Below, piece after piece: positions 1 through 14,339 of a DNA stretch of 64,000 bases. The notes under the pieces were generated by a model. That model did no database searches. It was given only the letters and a program-made list of their open reading frames with translations, and was not told the DNA's origin. Numbering within the stretch: the stretch's first letter is position 1; each line of letters opens with the position of its first letter. The position numbers and the translations under genes were made by a program. Origin of the DNA: the human T2T-CHM13v2.0 reference genome, Homo sapiens. The stretch is taken from the NCBI RefSeq assembly GCF_009914755.1, contig NC_060942.1; one strand, 5' to 3'.

Positions 1-583
1 AGGCAAATATTAATATTAGAAGAGTCTTTGAAAATCTGCAGAGTAATAGAAAGGGAAGATTTACTGCAATCATATGATTCCATTAAACACGATCTTTGTG
101 TTTAAGCATTTGAAAACACACTTCTAGATTAAGACTCTAAATGGTGCTTGATAATGATGGATTTTTATGTAATTAAAATAGCTTTATGGAATTAAAATAT
201 GCCACCTCATTGCTGACTGCAAATGAGGAACTGAAAATAATCATTTGTTCGTGTTTTCATTTTTCAACTGGAAATATCTCTTTCTGGCCATGCATCTGTG
301 AAGGCTTAGTACATTTTGTTCTTTTAATCTATGCAGGAAGGCCCTTGCTTATAAATGGGTTGCGTTCCAAAAGTACATTTTAAGTAAGTTTTTTGGAACA
401 GAGAGAGCTCTTTTCTTCTCCCAGTTAAAAGGATAAAAACAAAAAACAAACCCTAAAGGCTCTGGGATTTTCCACTTTCTTGGCTTTGCTCAAACTTTCT
501 CACCTGCCTAGAATAACTTTGAATCCTACCTGTTCATCAAGGCCCCAAACTGTCAGTTCGTTGAGAGCAGAGATTATACCACG

Positions 584-732
584 TTTATTTTGTATTTTAT
601 TTTATTGTTTTCTGTAGAGACAAGGTCTTGCTATGTTGCCCAGGCTGGTCTTGAACTCCTGGGCTCAAGCGATCATCTCATCCAGGCCTCCCACAGTGCT
701 GGGATTACAGGCACAAAACACCGTGCCTGGCC
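584..732 (-). mobile_element. Free left Alu monomer (FLAM_C-like)
   Basis: T-rich tail, then gagacaaggtcttgctatgttgcccaggctggtcttgaactcctgggctcaagcgatc...cctggcc. Single monomer only. Confidence 0.85.
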
Positions 733-1725
733 CATGCATCATATTTATTTGTGAGAACTGAAGTATCCCCAAGTTTTCAGCCCTCTCAGGTCATCCATTT
801 CTTTAATGTAGAAATGTAGTAGCAAAAGCCTCACTCCACAGGACAGAAGGAGCCTATCCTCTTCCCTGTGACTACTGAGGGTCCTGGGGGAGGGCTTTTG
901 TCTCTGTTGTTGCTTTTTCTCCTCTGCTCTGCCTACTCCACATTCCTCTGTAGGTTTTACCTAAACAACAGACCAGGGCCACCGAAATTGAAGAAAAGGC
1001 TGTGGAGAATTAGCAGATCTTGGTGATGTAACACTTTGCAAAGGAAGAACATTGAAAATTGTGTGTAGATCGTATGCTTCTAGAGACCAGCCCATGCCAG
1101 ACATGGCATCCACCACAATCTCTGCGTGTCCACCATTCATGGCCTTTGTGTCTCCAAGGCCCACTCTTCTTTCCCCTATGGGAGTGCCCTGGGTTCTCAA
1201 AGCCCAAGCTCCAGTATTCCTTCTTCCTTCTTCTGGCTCATTAGTAAAACAAACAAAAATCAGTTGACATATCTCTCAGAAACCTGTTGCCATCTCTATC
1301 CCCACCAGTATACACCAGGAAGAAAAAACATTAGTATCCAGAATAATTAGCCTGTTTGAAGCTTTGGATGATTTTGCCAGTGTTTAAGACTGCTTCAAGA
1401 CTATGCATAAAAAATGTGACTAACAGCAGCTGCATCACTGAAAGTACTCAAGAGCGATCCCTTGAGAACAAATAAGAAATTGGCTTTTCTTAGAAATCAC
1501 AGGAAATAAATTGCTTCCTCCCATTGATTCATTTATTTCCCTCATCTCTTTTGGCCAATCTGTCTAGAAGTTTTGTTGATTGTGCTACTTAGAAGTCTCT
1601 CAAATATGTGTTTCCTCTGTATCCACCATGCCACTTGTTCTGGAATAGACGCTAACAACCTGAACCATTGCAATAGTTTTATTATATAGGTCTCCATGGT
1701 TTCAGTCTCTTCTCTGACTCATATC

Positions 1726-2032
1726 TTTTATAAAGGGACAGATGGCAAATAACTTAGGCTCTGTGGCCATATAGTCTCTGTTATAACTACTTAAATGTGC
1801 CATTGTAACTTCTAAAGCAGCATACACAATATATAAACAAATGGACATGCCTGTGCTTCAGTAAAACTTTATGGACATTGAAATTTGAATTTTGTGTGTT
1901 TCATGTGACATAAAATATTCTTGTTTCCATTTTTAACCCCCTTTAAAAGTACATGAACCATTCTTAACTCACAGGTTGTAGAAGAGCAGGTGGTGGGCCA
2001 GATTTGACCCATAGGCTTTAGTTTTAAGTCTC
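1726..2032. mobile_element. MER58B-like hAT-Charlie DNA transposon fossil
   Basis: taaagggacagatggcaaat...aaactttatggacattgaaatttgaattt...gggccagatttgacccataggc matches the recalled MER58 consensus. Confidence 0.8.
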
Positions 2033-2365
2033 TTTATACTGTCATAAGTGACATTTCCAACAACTGCAGAAAGAGTCAAGCTTAAATTGCTCAGCAGAGC
2101 ATAGTGGCCCTTTCTTTGCATCATTGCCTATAACCTATATTGCTATTCTTATCTCTGACCTTTTCCTCTAGCTTTGATACTCCCTATACTTTGGTCACAC
2201 TGGATTATCATTTGTGACTCTAAAAATACTGCAAGGATGTGAACACCTATATGCCCTTCCTTATACAATTTGTCAGAAAAACTCTTCTCCTCCATAATTT
2301 GTCTAATTAGCAGACTTCCATAAGATACTTACCAAATGTTGTATTTTCATTATAATTTTCTCTGA

Positions 2366-2793
<428 letters not shown>

Positions 2794-4158
2794 TAAACTT
2801 TAATAGTTTAAAGAAACTATAAAAAGTTTCTTGCTTCTTTTTCTTTTTGAAAAATCACTTATCTTTATTCCTCTGGCAATGAACTACTTAGCACATAGAA
2901 AAGTGCTCAATAAATTTTTGTGGAACAAACAGACGACTTGCCGTTATTGTTTATTGGTGATAAGTTGACATTATCATCATTATTTTATTTTTCAGATTGT
3001 TTATGAGGAAAACAATGATCTGTGTAATCACAAGATATGTCAATAACCAAATCATGAGATGGGGCTAAAAAGCTATTCAGTATCATCTCTTATAATTAAG
3101 TACATTTTATTAGAGTTCTTTTTTTTCTGAGCATTTATCCTTATTCTTGCCTCACGACTTTTGGAAAATATTCCTCTAGCTCAGTGTATCTGTACAGATA
3201 ATGTCGACTGTACCCAGAAAATCAAGAACTCTTTGACATTGAGATTTGAGAGCTCCTGGGGATATCTTCCAGTTCTTATTTTACTTATTGGTTGGTGTCT
3301 TGGCATCATGGTCATTTTGATGATTTTTTTTTTTCCAAAATGGGTCCTAATAAAGGAAAGATACATGTGAAAGAAGTGACACATTAAACTTCTATTAATC
3401 ATACAAATTTTAGTATGAACTAAAGGGGAAAAATAAATTTTACATGGAGGATTATCAACATACCAAAGTTCTGAGCTCTCCTGGGGTTGGATAAGACCAT
3501 TGTCTTAACAATCGTCGTCATTCTGTCATATCGTGTCAATGATATCTTAGCATAATGAATATAGGTAGCAGTCTATCTTTTCAACATGCAGTACTCTTGA
3601 ATACTAAAACTTGTGTAGTTAATTTGCATATAATTTTTCTTCATGTAACAGAATGATGCAACTGTCATGTAAGATGAACCCTATAATTATTAATAATGCT
3701 TTTTATAAAAATAGCTCCTCTATCAATTTCCCTCATCAGTTATTCTGGGAGCTGCTACATTTTGGGTTATTCTCTTTCCAATAATCTATAGTCCTGGCTC
3801 ATTTGGCCTGAAGTGATAGATAGTAATGTGTCAACACTCATAAGTAAGGTTCTAAGAGGAAAAATAAGAAAACCTTTATTTACCTCCTTGATACTTTATA
3901 ATTTTATAGGTGATATTTCTAGGTTATCAGGTCTGCTAATGTATTTCTCAAGTGGTTTTAAACACACGCTAACTTAATATTTTACTTACTCTTTAAGCTA
4001 ATATATTAAAAAATTTGTGTGTGTGTGTGTCTTTAGTAGTGAAAAGAGTTGTTTTTTTTTTTAAATGGTCTTCAATATTTTCCATGGTTTGAATGTATCT
4101 CTTAAAGCTTGTTTTGGAAACTTAATCCCCAATACTAATGTTAAGATGTGAGAATTTT

Positions 4159-4385
4159 AACATCACACACCGGGGCCTGTTGTGGGGTGGGGGGAGTGGG
4201 GAGGGATAGCATTAGGAGATACACCTAATGTAAATGACGAGTTAATGGGTGCAGCACACCAACATGGCACATGTATACATATGTAACAAACCAGCATGTG
4301 GTGCACATGTACCCTAGAACTTTAATAAAAAAGTATATTAAAAAAGAGGACAACTCTAAAAAAAATTAAAAATAATTAAAAAAAA
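4159..4385 (+). mobile_element. Severely 5'-truncated L1PA (about PA5) 3' end
   Basis: aacatcacacaccggggcctgttgtggggtgggg...gtaccctagaac plus A tail. TSD-like agaattttaa (4151-4160) / agaatttaaa (4385-4394). Confidence 0.92.
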
Positions 4386-4503
4386 GAATTTAAAGAGTTG
4401 GTTAGGTCATAAAGGATCTGTCCTCATACATGGATTAAGGTCATTATTGCAGGAGTTTGTTAGAGCAAGAATGGGCTTGTTATAAAACTGAATTGAGCCT
4501 TCC

Positions 4504-4608
<105 letters not shown>

Positions 4609-4814
4609 TTCCACCTCCTGCCATGGGATGATGCATCTAGAAGTCTCTTGACAGATGCTGGCACCTTGATGTTGGACTTCTAGCCTCCAGAACTGCAAGA
4701 AATAAATTTCTTTTTAAATCACTCGATCTGTGGTATTCTGTTACAGCAGTGCAAAGTAGACTAAGGTAATGTCCCATGTTCTTTGATTCTTTCAAGATGC
4801 CATATAACTTATTA

Positions 4815-5025
4815 AAGTCAGAATTCCTGGGTTACTTACTTGATCTGCCATTTACTAGCTTTGTGATCATGGGTGAGTTTCTTAACTGCCCTCTGCCTCA
4901 TTTTACTCATCAATAAAATGGGATAATAATAGTATGTCATAGGTTGTTGTAAAGACTCAATGAACTAATACAGGTAAAGTGCTTATAACAGTACCTGGTA
5001 AATATCAAAAGATCAATGAATGCTT
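4815..5025 (+). mobile_element. MIR SINE
   Basis: MIR core ctgccatttactagctttgtgatcatgggtgagtttcttaac...aaaatgggataataatag...taaagtgctta. Confidence 0.8.
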
Positions 5026-5330
5026 TTTATTGAGTATTTTATTGTTATTCTTTGTGGTTATTATATTTCCTCTTAACAAGCTCTTTCACCGAGTTACTAT
5101 AACGTCCAACCAGATGACCAAAAGAGTGAAAAATATGTAAAAATTGTATTTGATATTATAGAAGTAACAGTATAATACTTGTTTTATTACAATTCTAAAT
5201 TTTCAACTCGTGTTTTTCTTAGATACGTATCACGTTGTACTATTTCCAGGTCATTGCTCTTTTTATTTTCTGTTTTTTTTTTTTTTTCGTGCCTCCAAAT
5301 CCACTTAAACTTCTATTAATATATTATTGA

Positions 5331-5623
<293 letters not shown>

Positions 5624-5839
5624 CAGAACATTATTGACACTTAATAGACTTATGTTTTCTTATTTTCATTTATTCATAAGTACAACTCACCTTGAATTAT
5701 TGTTAGGCATGAGTAAAAACATCACAAAAATATTCTGGCTGAGACAAGCTAAAATTAACTCCAGTAGAAAGAAATAAAATTTAATCTAGTCAAATGGTTA
5801 TTTGCCATATAAGAGAAAAAAAGTTTGTAGAATTCTAAC

Positions 5840-7160
5840 TTGGGAAGTTTTTAGACATTATTTCTTTGAATTTTTTTTCCCAGTCTCACTCTCTTGCTTC
5901 TCTGGTTCTGCAATTCTGGTAAAATAAATGTTAGAAATTTTCTTCAAGTCTCACAGGTCCCTGAGCCTTTTTCATTTGTTTTGCTGTTCCTTTTCTCACT
6001 GGTGTTCAGATTGGATAGTTTCTATTGTCCTGCAAACTGACTAAGTATTTCTTCTCTCCTCTCCATTCTACTGTCAAGTCTGTTCAATGAGTTTTAAAAT
6101 TTGAGTTATTGGATTTTTCAGTTATCCAAATGTTGCATTTGGTTCTTCTTTATATCTTCACTGAGATTATTTTTTTTCACGTGTTCCAAGTATGTTTGTA
6201 TTTCTCCTTTAAAGCATGTTCATGATGGATGATTGCCTTAAAATTGTTGTCAGATAATTCTAACATCTCTGTCATCTCAGTGTTGACATCTATTTATTAC
6301 CTTTTGTTCATATTAGGTGTGATTTTCCCATGTCTTAATATAAGTAATTTTAAAATTAAAATTTTGAAATTTGGGGTATTGTGGCATGAACCTTTGAATC
6401 TTAAATATTCCATTTTACTTGGCTTCCTTGGACACGGCTCCAGCAGGGGAAGGGATTGGTTATGAACTTGTTACTGACAGTTTGTGGGGAGGTCTAGAGT
6501 CCTCACTTAGCCTCCATTGGCATGAGGAGCTAGGAGGTGGGATGGGAGGAGGGTCTCTTCATTACTACTGAACAGGCTCCTCACTAGGCCTCAGCTGATA
6601 ACACCCTGGCTGGTTGGGGCAGGAATGCCTTAGGGTGGGAATGGACAGAGATTGAGAGGGACTAATCTCATTGGCAATGGGCAATGGTGAAAGTCTTAAT
6701 TCTTTACCAGGCCTCCTTTTTCACTACTGGGTATTAGAAAGGATGAGGTTACCTCACTACCACTGGGTGGGGTGGAAATCTTGCTTGTATGAGGTGGGGA
6801 TAGGGTTGCAACTTTTTCTTGGACATTCGGCTGGAGTAAAGCAATTATTATCTAAACATTTTCTTTCTTGTTAGGCTTTCCCTTTCCTGATGTTGGTGTG
6901 AGAAAGGCATATATTGAGGCTTTTTTTTTTTTTTTCTGTCTTTGCCCAGTGATGTTTCAGGGTCGCTGACTTTCCCAGCTCTAAATATGGGAAGTATGAA
7001 ACCAAATGAAAACACAGGAAACCTGCCACTGTGTCGTTGCTTGGGACCCAAATGCCTAGCTGGTTGGCGATCTTCTTTCCACCTTTCAGTGTCGTCTCAT
7101 GTTTGTTATATATATATAATGTGCAGAGATTTTACTTATACGTAGAGGAATAGGGAAAGT
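5840..7160 (-). mobile_element. Old L1M (L1MC/MD-type) ORF1 and 5' region fragment
   Basis: Reverse ORF1-like text (ttcagattggatagtttctattg, aatgagttttaaaatttgagttattggatttttcag) followed by repetitive 5'UTR-like GC-richer units. Confidence 0.55.
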
Positions 7161-8860
7161 GGAAATCAGCCAACCAACCAAGACTTCTAACTAACATGAA
7201 AATACATTTGAATATTTGAGATTTGTGGACATTTCCAGCAAAATTACACCAAATTGCTCAAATAAGTCCAATAAAACTTTTTTCCCTAACCTGTGATATA
7301 GATCCACCATGTACCAGAAGTAGAAAAGAAAACAATGCTCCACATTTCTTATACCACAAGGTGACATTTTCATAATGAGAATAATTTTTATTTTATCATC
7401 AGATCTTATAAAATCCTATTAGCACTTTACATCCAAGCCGATAAAAAATATCTCTGGAATATTCTATATACCAATGGGGTTGACTCAGTTATAATAGACA
7501 TGATTTTGCATTTAGGTTACATTTCTTTTTTACCAGAGGAGAAAATAGCAATGTTTGATGAAAACAACCAGATTTGTGGACTTCTCTACACTTCAACCAT
7601 TAGCCCAAGAATAAGTCAGGACAAATTTTTTATAAAGCAAATCTAACACGTAACATACCAATTAGAATGAAGACATGCCATGACAATTTTCAGCATATTT
7701 CATGTTTTCCAATATTTTTATCCTAAGTTCAATTATATGACATATATTCACTATTTATCAATCAACTGTAAGTTCCCCAAAACTGTATTGGATGTTACCT
7801 AATACTAGGTAAGAGTTTGTCATCTGTTCTCCTCAGCCTGTAGATTGTCCTTTTAATGTGTCTGTGGCACATTGGGGTTGGGGTACTGTTTGTCGCCATG
7901 GATCAGTTTTTAACATTATTGAGCTAAATGATCTGTGTAGAAGCCAATCTCCCATTTGGATGGAGTGTCAATACATGACTGTGTAAAACCAAGGCAGGAT
8001 GTTTTATATATCTGATCTTGAAGAGTCATCCTAGTGTATCCTTGGGAGAATTTGATTATATGGGTAGTTACAACAATTGCTCATGGCCACAGCTGTTTTG
8101 GGCATTTTTGTGAGAATGTTAGAAATTAATCCTGTAGCTAAAATTCAGTGGATCAAACTGAATTGCTGACTGAGTCTCAGAATGTAAAATTAAAAAAAAA
8201 AAAAGAAAACCTCCCTAGGTAAATTCCTTGACAGCCCTGTCAATGAGGTGTTGAAAACATTTTAAATTTAGTCCCGTATCTGCTGCATAGACGTGGTCCA
8301 TGAGCTTTGGTATACATGTTTTCCTGTCTTTCTTTAAAAATAAAAGAAAGCTAGTTCCCTTTGGCTACTATTAACTTCCACTGAAAGGATATAAAATACT
8401 AGCCAGTATAGATGTTTTTCAAATGTGCACTGACCAAAATATCAAAGAATAGCAAAACCTCATTTTATGAGACTTTTATTGATACTATATGTCTCCTCAA
8501 ATGTACAGTTTATATTATGAACAAGAGCCTTTGCCTGATTTTGATTCATTGCAAATTTATACCACAAAAAGGATACAACTGGAAAAATGCATTGAGGAAG
8601 TCAGCTGAGAATAATATACCCTTATTTATGTTTTCTCTTTTTATTACTATTCAGTATACTGAAATATACTGCCCATTCTAAGGAGGAGTATGTTGGCAAA
8701 ATAAGTGGAATAAAAGGAATTTATCTGTTTTATATTTTATAATTGGTAGATTATGTTTGTTTAAAATGATATGAATTCATCAAAACCATTGCTTTTAAAC
8801 ATACATAGCAAATTAGTACTTTTTCCAATGAAAAGAGAGTGCTTTAAAATGTTGCCATTA

Positions 8861-11090
8861 AAAACAATTAAAAACAAAACCCATATGATCATCTCAGTAG
8901 ATGCAGAAAAAGCTTTTGATAAAATCCAACATCCTTCATGATAAACACCCTCAACAAAGTATGCATCAAAGGAACATATCTCGATATAATGAGAGCCATC
9001 TATGACAAACCCACAGCCAGCATCATGCTGAATGAACAAAAGCTGGAAGCATTCTCCTTAAGAACAGGAAGATAAGGATGCCCACTCATCATTCTCATTC
9101 AACACAGTACTGGAAGTCTTAAGAGCAGTTAAGCAAATGAAAGAAAGAAAAGGCATCCAAATAGGAAAAGAAGAAGTCAAATTATATCTTTGTTGACAAT
9201 ATGACTTCATACCTGGAAATCCCAAGAGACTCCACCAAAAGGCTCCTAGAACTAATAAGCAACTTTAGTAAAGTTTCAGGATACAAAATCAATATGCAAA
9301 AATGAGTAGAATTTCTATACACTAGTAGAATTCAAGCTGAGAGCCAAATCAAGAATGTAATCCTATTTACAATAGCCACAAAAATATTAATATAAAGTAT
9401 GTAGCAACACAATCTCTAACCAAGGAGGTGAAATATATCTTTACATGAGGAACTACAAAACACTGCTGAATGTGTTTTTAGATGACACAAACAAATGGAA
9501 AAACATTTCATGCTCATGGACTGGAAGAATCAATGTAGTTAAAATGGCCATAGTGCCCAAAGCAATCTACAGATTCAATGCTATCCCTATCAAATTACCA
9601 ATGCCATTTTTCACAGAATTAGAAAAAACTATTCTAAAAATCACATGGAACCATAAAAGAGCCTTAATGCCGAAGATATCCTAAGCAAAAAGGACAAAGC
9701 TGGAGGCATCACATTACCTGACTTCAAACTATATTATAAGGCTACAATAACCAAATCAGGATGATACTGGTGCAAAAACAGACACATAGACCAATGCAAA
9801 AGAATACAGAGCCCAAAAATAAAGCTGCATACTTATGACTATCTGATCTTCGACAAAGTCAACAAAAATAAGCAATGAGCAAAGGACTCCCTATTCAATA
9901 AATGGTGCTGGGATAACTGGCTAGCCACATGCAGAAGGATGAAACTGAACCCCTACCTTTCACCATATATAAAAATTAAGGTGGATTAAAGATTTAAATG
10001 TAAGATGTCAAACTATAAAAACTTAAAACCTAGAAAATATCTTGTTCATTAAGCCTTAGGCAAAGAATTTATGACTAAGTTCTCAAAAGCAATTGCCACA
10101 AAACCCAAAATTGGCAAATGGGACCTGATTAAAGAGCTTCTGCACAGTCAGAGAAACTATTAACAGTGCAAACGGGCAACCTACAGAATGGGAGATAATA
10201 TTAGCAAACTATGCATCCAACAAAGGTTTGATATTTAGAATCTATAAGAAAGTCAAATCAACTAGCAAAAACAACCCCATTGAAAGGTGGGCAAAAGACA
10301 TGAATAAACACTTCTCAGAAGAAGACATGCAGTGGCCAAGAAACATGAAAAAATGCCCATCATCACTAATCATCTGAGAAATGCAAATTAAAATCACGAG
10401 ATACTATCTCACACCAATTAAAATGGCTATTACTAAAAAGTCAAAAAATAACATGTTGGTGAAGCTGTGGAGAAAAGTGAAGGTTTATCCACTCTTGGTG
10501 AGAATGCAAATTAGTTCAGCCACTGTGGAAAGCAGTTTAGAGATTTCACAAAGAGCTTGAAAGAGGACTACCATTTGACCAAGCAATTCAACTACTGGGT
10601 GTATACCTAAAGGAAAATAAATGATTACAAAGAAGACGTGCACTTGTATGGTCATTGCAGCTCTATTCACAATAGCAAAGATATGGAATCAACCTAGGTG
10701 CCAGTCAATGTTGGACTGAATAAAGAAAATGTGGTACACTGTTGAATACTATGCAGTCATAAAAAGAATGAATTAATGTCCTTTGAAGTCACATGGATAC
10801 AACTGGAGGTCATTATCCCAAATGAATTAATGCAGGAACAGAAAAGCAAGTACTGCATTGTTCTCACCAATAAGTAGGAGCTAAACATAGGATAATGGAC
10901 ATTAAAATGGAAACAATAGACACCAGGGACTACTAGACAGTGGAGGGAAGGAGGAGGGCATGGGCTAAAAAAGTATGTATTGGGTACTATGCTCACTACT
11001 TGGGTGATGAGATTATTCACACCCCAAATCTCAGTGTCTTGCACATCTACCCCCTGAATCTAAAATATAAGTTGAAGTTATAACAAAATA
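8861..11090 (+). mobile_element. 5'-truncated older primate L1 (L1PA13-16/L1PB-like); dead ORF2 3' half plus 3'UTR
   Basis: ORF 9445-9684 ([36 protein letters not shown]) is L1 ORF2. Many stops and frameshifts. 3' end ccccctgaatctaaaatataagttgaa. Confidence 0.93.
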
Positions 11091-12019
11091 CATCAAATAT
11101 GTTCTACCACAATAAAGATGTTTGATTACAAGAATATTTGAAACATTTCTGGTTTCTAATTGTTTTTGTAATAAATGTGCATTAAAACAAACATCCTCTG
11201 CTATAGCAAATCTTTAGGTTTTGAACGTAGGTTGCTACGTCACTTGAAACAAAGTCTTTTTAATTTTTAATACTTAAAAATCATGTTGTAGTTTATGAGG
11301 AGCTGGAGAACTATCACAATGGGGAAGCAAACCACAAAGTCAGTTTCCTACTTTTAAGTTGTGTTATAGAGAAAGTTGTTCAATTTTCTACAGAACGAAA
11401 TTGATTGACCTTTTGTGATGAATTAGACACTAACTGGGCCATTGACGGTGGATAGAACACCCACTAGAATGCCTTTTCTTAAGATTTGCAAACACTTGCT
11501 TTTTCATTTTGGGCCAATGATGGTTTCCATTGTGGATGAGGATTCAGGTCTTCTGTAAACATGAGATCTTAACATTGCTTACTGTGTTAGTCAGGAACAC
11601 ATTATCTTATGATTTTTTTTTTGCAGGAGCTATCTCTAACACTCAAAAATTCAAGGTCCAGTCTATAAAAAATGTTATAGAGTTTGTTATCTTTAAGAGT
11701 ATATCTTGAGCCATCATTTAAAGAGTTATATAATTGTCTACTTGGATGTACCAAATCTCTGACCTTTTCAAGTTATCTGTCTTCTAAGATTATGATCATG
11801 TATCTTTAACCTCCCTCATTATTTTTGTCAGAGAACTCTGGTTTTTGCCATTATATGATTGTTGTATACTTTTTCTTATCCTAACTATACTGTTTCTGGA
11901 TTTTATAAGTTTTTCTCTGTAAATAATGATGATTTTTGTGTTAAATGCAACAAATAACTTGATAATATACTTCAAATTTTGCATTAATCTTCACTTGTCT
12001 TCTTCAGCTTAAATAATTT

Positions 12020-12300
12020 TCTAAACGCTTATTACATGCTAGAGCAGAAGTAGGAATTAAAAGAGATAAACAAGAGTTGATACCTCCGTATTCATGGTGT
12101 GAGGACAGGGACAAAGGAGCAAGTCAGATAAATAACTTGAACATGATTTAAGGAAAGCAGTAAGAAGAGAACTAAACAGAGTACCACAGGAAGTCAAAAG
12201 AGGAAATGATTCATTCTGTCTGCAGGGACTGGAAAAAGTTTTACAGAGATAATGCATTTAAACCAACTCTTCCCAACAGTGATCAAATGGAGAGGATCGG
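12020..12300 (-). mobile_element. L2 fragment
   Basis: Purine-rich reverse L2-like text that appears to resume at ~14340. Confidence 0.4.
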
Positions 12301-12412
12301 ACATCTTAAGAAAATGGAATAACAAATAGCAAATCTGAGTAGATCGAAAGCAAATGCATTGATTTTGGGACAATGACAAATCATATAATGTAATTAAATT
12401 ATGGGTGAGAGG

Positions 12413-12442
12413 GTGTGTGTGTGTGTCTGTGTGTGTGTGTGT
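12413..12442. repeat. (TG)n microsatellite
   Basis: Read directly. Confidence 0.9.
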
Positions 12443-12584
12443 CATGCTATTGGGAGGCAGGTCATAGCTGTGGATCTCAGGGTGACAGGAAATGTACAGA
12501 ACAGAGGCTGGTAATCTATTTTTTTCCAATAAAAATACAGCAATTATATAAAATTAAATGGAATCATATGCATAAAGTTTAAAT

Positions 12585-12782
12585 CAAGCTTGTCCAACCT
12601 GTGGCCCACGGTCTGCATGTTGCCCAACACAAATGCGTAAACCTTGTTAAAACGTTGTGAAATTTTTTGCAATTTTTTTTTTTTTTTAGCTCATCAGCTA
12701 TCATTAGTGAAATTTATGTGTGGCCCAAGACAATTCCTTTACTTCCATGTGGCCCAGGGAGGCCAAAAGATTGGACACCCTA
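12585..12782. mobile_element. MER30 hAT-Charlie MITE
   Basis: TIR-like ends caagcttgtccaa / ttggacacccta. Perfect 8-bp TSD gtttaaat at 12577-12584 and 12783-12790, the hAT TSD length. Confidence 0.9.
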
Positions 12783-13029
12783 GTTTAAATCATTATGGAC
12801 TGAACATTGCCACACCCTAGAAATCGCCAATATGCTTTTCCTGATTACATCTCCCCCGCCTTCTTCCAGCATTAATTAGAATGTGTTAATAATTTCCTTG
12901 CTTTCCTCTATAATTTCTATCTTTCAAGTGTGTATCCCTAAACTACAATGTTGCTTTTGTGTGTTTTTGAACTTCTATGAATGGAATAATTTTATGTGTA
13001 GTCTTGTGTAACTTGCTTTATTATTTATT

Positions 13030-13421
13030 ATTAATATTATTTTTGATTGACAAATTGTAATTGTAAACATCTATGAGGTACAGTTTGTATACAACGTAGA
13101 ATGATGAAATCAAGCTGATTAACATATCACCTCAGTTACCTATCATTTTTTATGGTGAGAAATTTGAAATTTGCTCTTTTAGTTACTTTTAATTATACAT
13201 TATTATTGACTATAGTCACCCTGCTGTGCAATAGATATCAAAACCTATTTTTTCTGTTTGAAACTTTGTATCCTTTGATTAACAGCTCCCCATACCTTTC
13301 CTTTGTCCATCCGCAAGCCTCTGGTAACCATCATTCTACTCTCTACTTTGATGAGTTCAACTATTCAAGTGTCCATACATAAGTGAGATCCCGAGTTATT
13401 TGTCTTTCTGTGCCTGACTTA
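13030..13421 (-). mobile_element. L1MA-type 3' end fragment
   Basis: ttgacaaattgtaattgta...aaatcaagctgattaacatatc...gactatagtcaccctgctgtgcaataga...ctctggtaaccatcattctactctc. Confidence 0.8.
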
Positions 13422-14339
13422 TGTATGACTTGCTTTAATTGATAAATAGTATGTTTTTAAAATTTCTTTGTATGGATATATTATAAGGAGCAGAATTCTC
13501 TTGTAAAGATAATTTATAACTTTCATAATTTCCTTAGTTTTATAATCTCACAGTTGATGGGCACAATGGTTGTTTTGGTTTTTATGAGCAATGCTTCTGT
13601 GCAATCTCTCCTTATTTATGTGTAAGAGTTTAGGGTATATACCTAATTATGGAGTATATAATAACCTTCTAATGTTCCTTTGAGAAATATTTTTGAGTAA
13701 GGAGGGTTCTGACTCCCCCAAAGAAACTAAAGATACATATTCTGCCCATTGGGATGGATGGCCATGCTCTAATCCTCCTTTTATCTCCAGGAGAAGCTGA
13801 AAGCAGCTCCAGCTAACCATGACTTAGCTGGTTGGAGGTAGGTTATGCAGTTGTTCAATTTTGCTAGAGAACATTTTCCTAAGTGGTTAAAACAATTTAT
13901 ACTCCCATCAGCAGTGGTGAGGATTTATGTTGTTTCTTATGCAAATGACACTTGTTATTAAGTAGCCATAATTTTTTGCTAATATGGTATGAGTGTGAAA
14001 TGAAATCTCTCTGTTTTGTGTTTCTCTGATTATAAATGAGATTGAACACCTTTTCATATGATTATTGGTCATTGGTGGTCTTCTCTGAAATTTTTAATCA
14101 ATTCTTTTTTATCATTTTTTATGGGGTCACTTTTTTCCTGTGTATATATAGAAGTTCTTTGTGTTTTTTGAATACTAATCTTTTGCCCATTTTTGTGTCA
14201 CAAAATTTTCTCATAGGTTGTAGTTTAGTCTTTCTACATTCTATATGGTGGTGATTTGTTTATATTTTAGTTTACCTGAGTGTTTTCCCTTTTTAATAGG
14301 TGAAGTATGTTGGTTTCATATTTTAAGATCCTTCTTACA

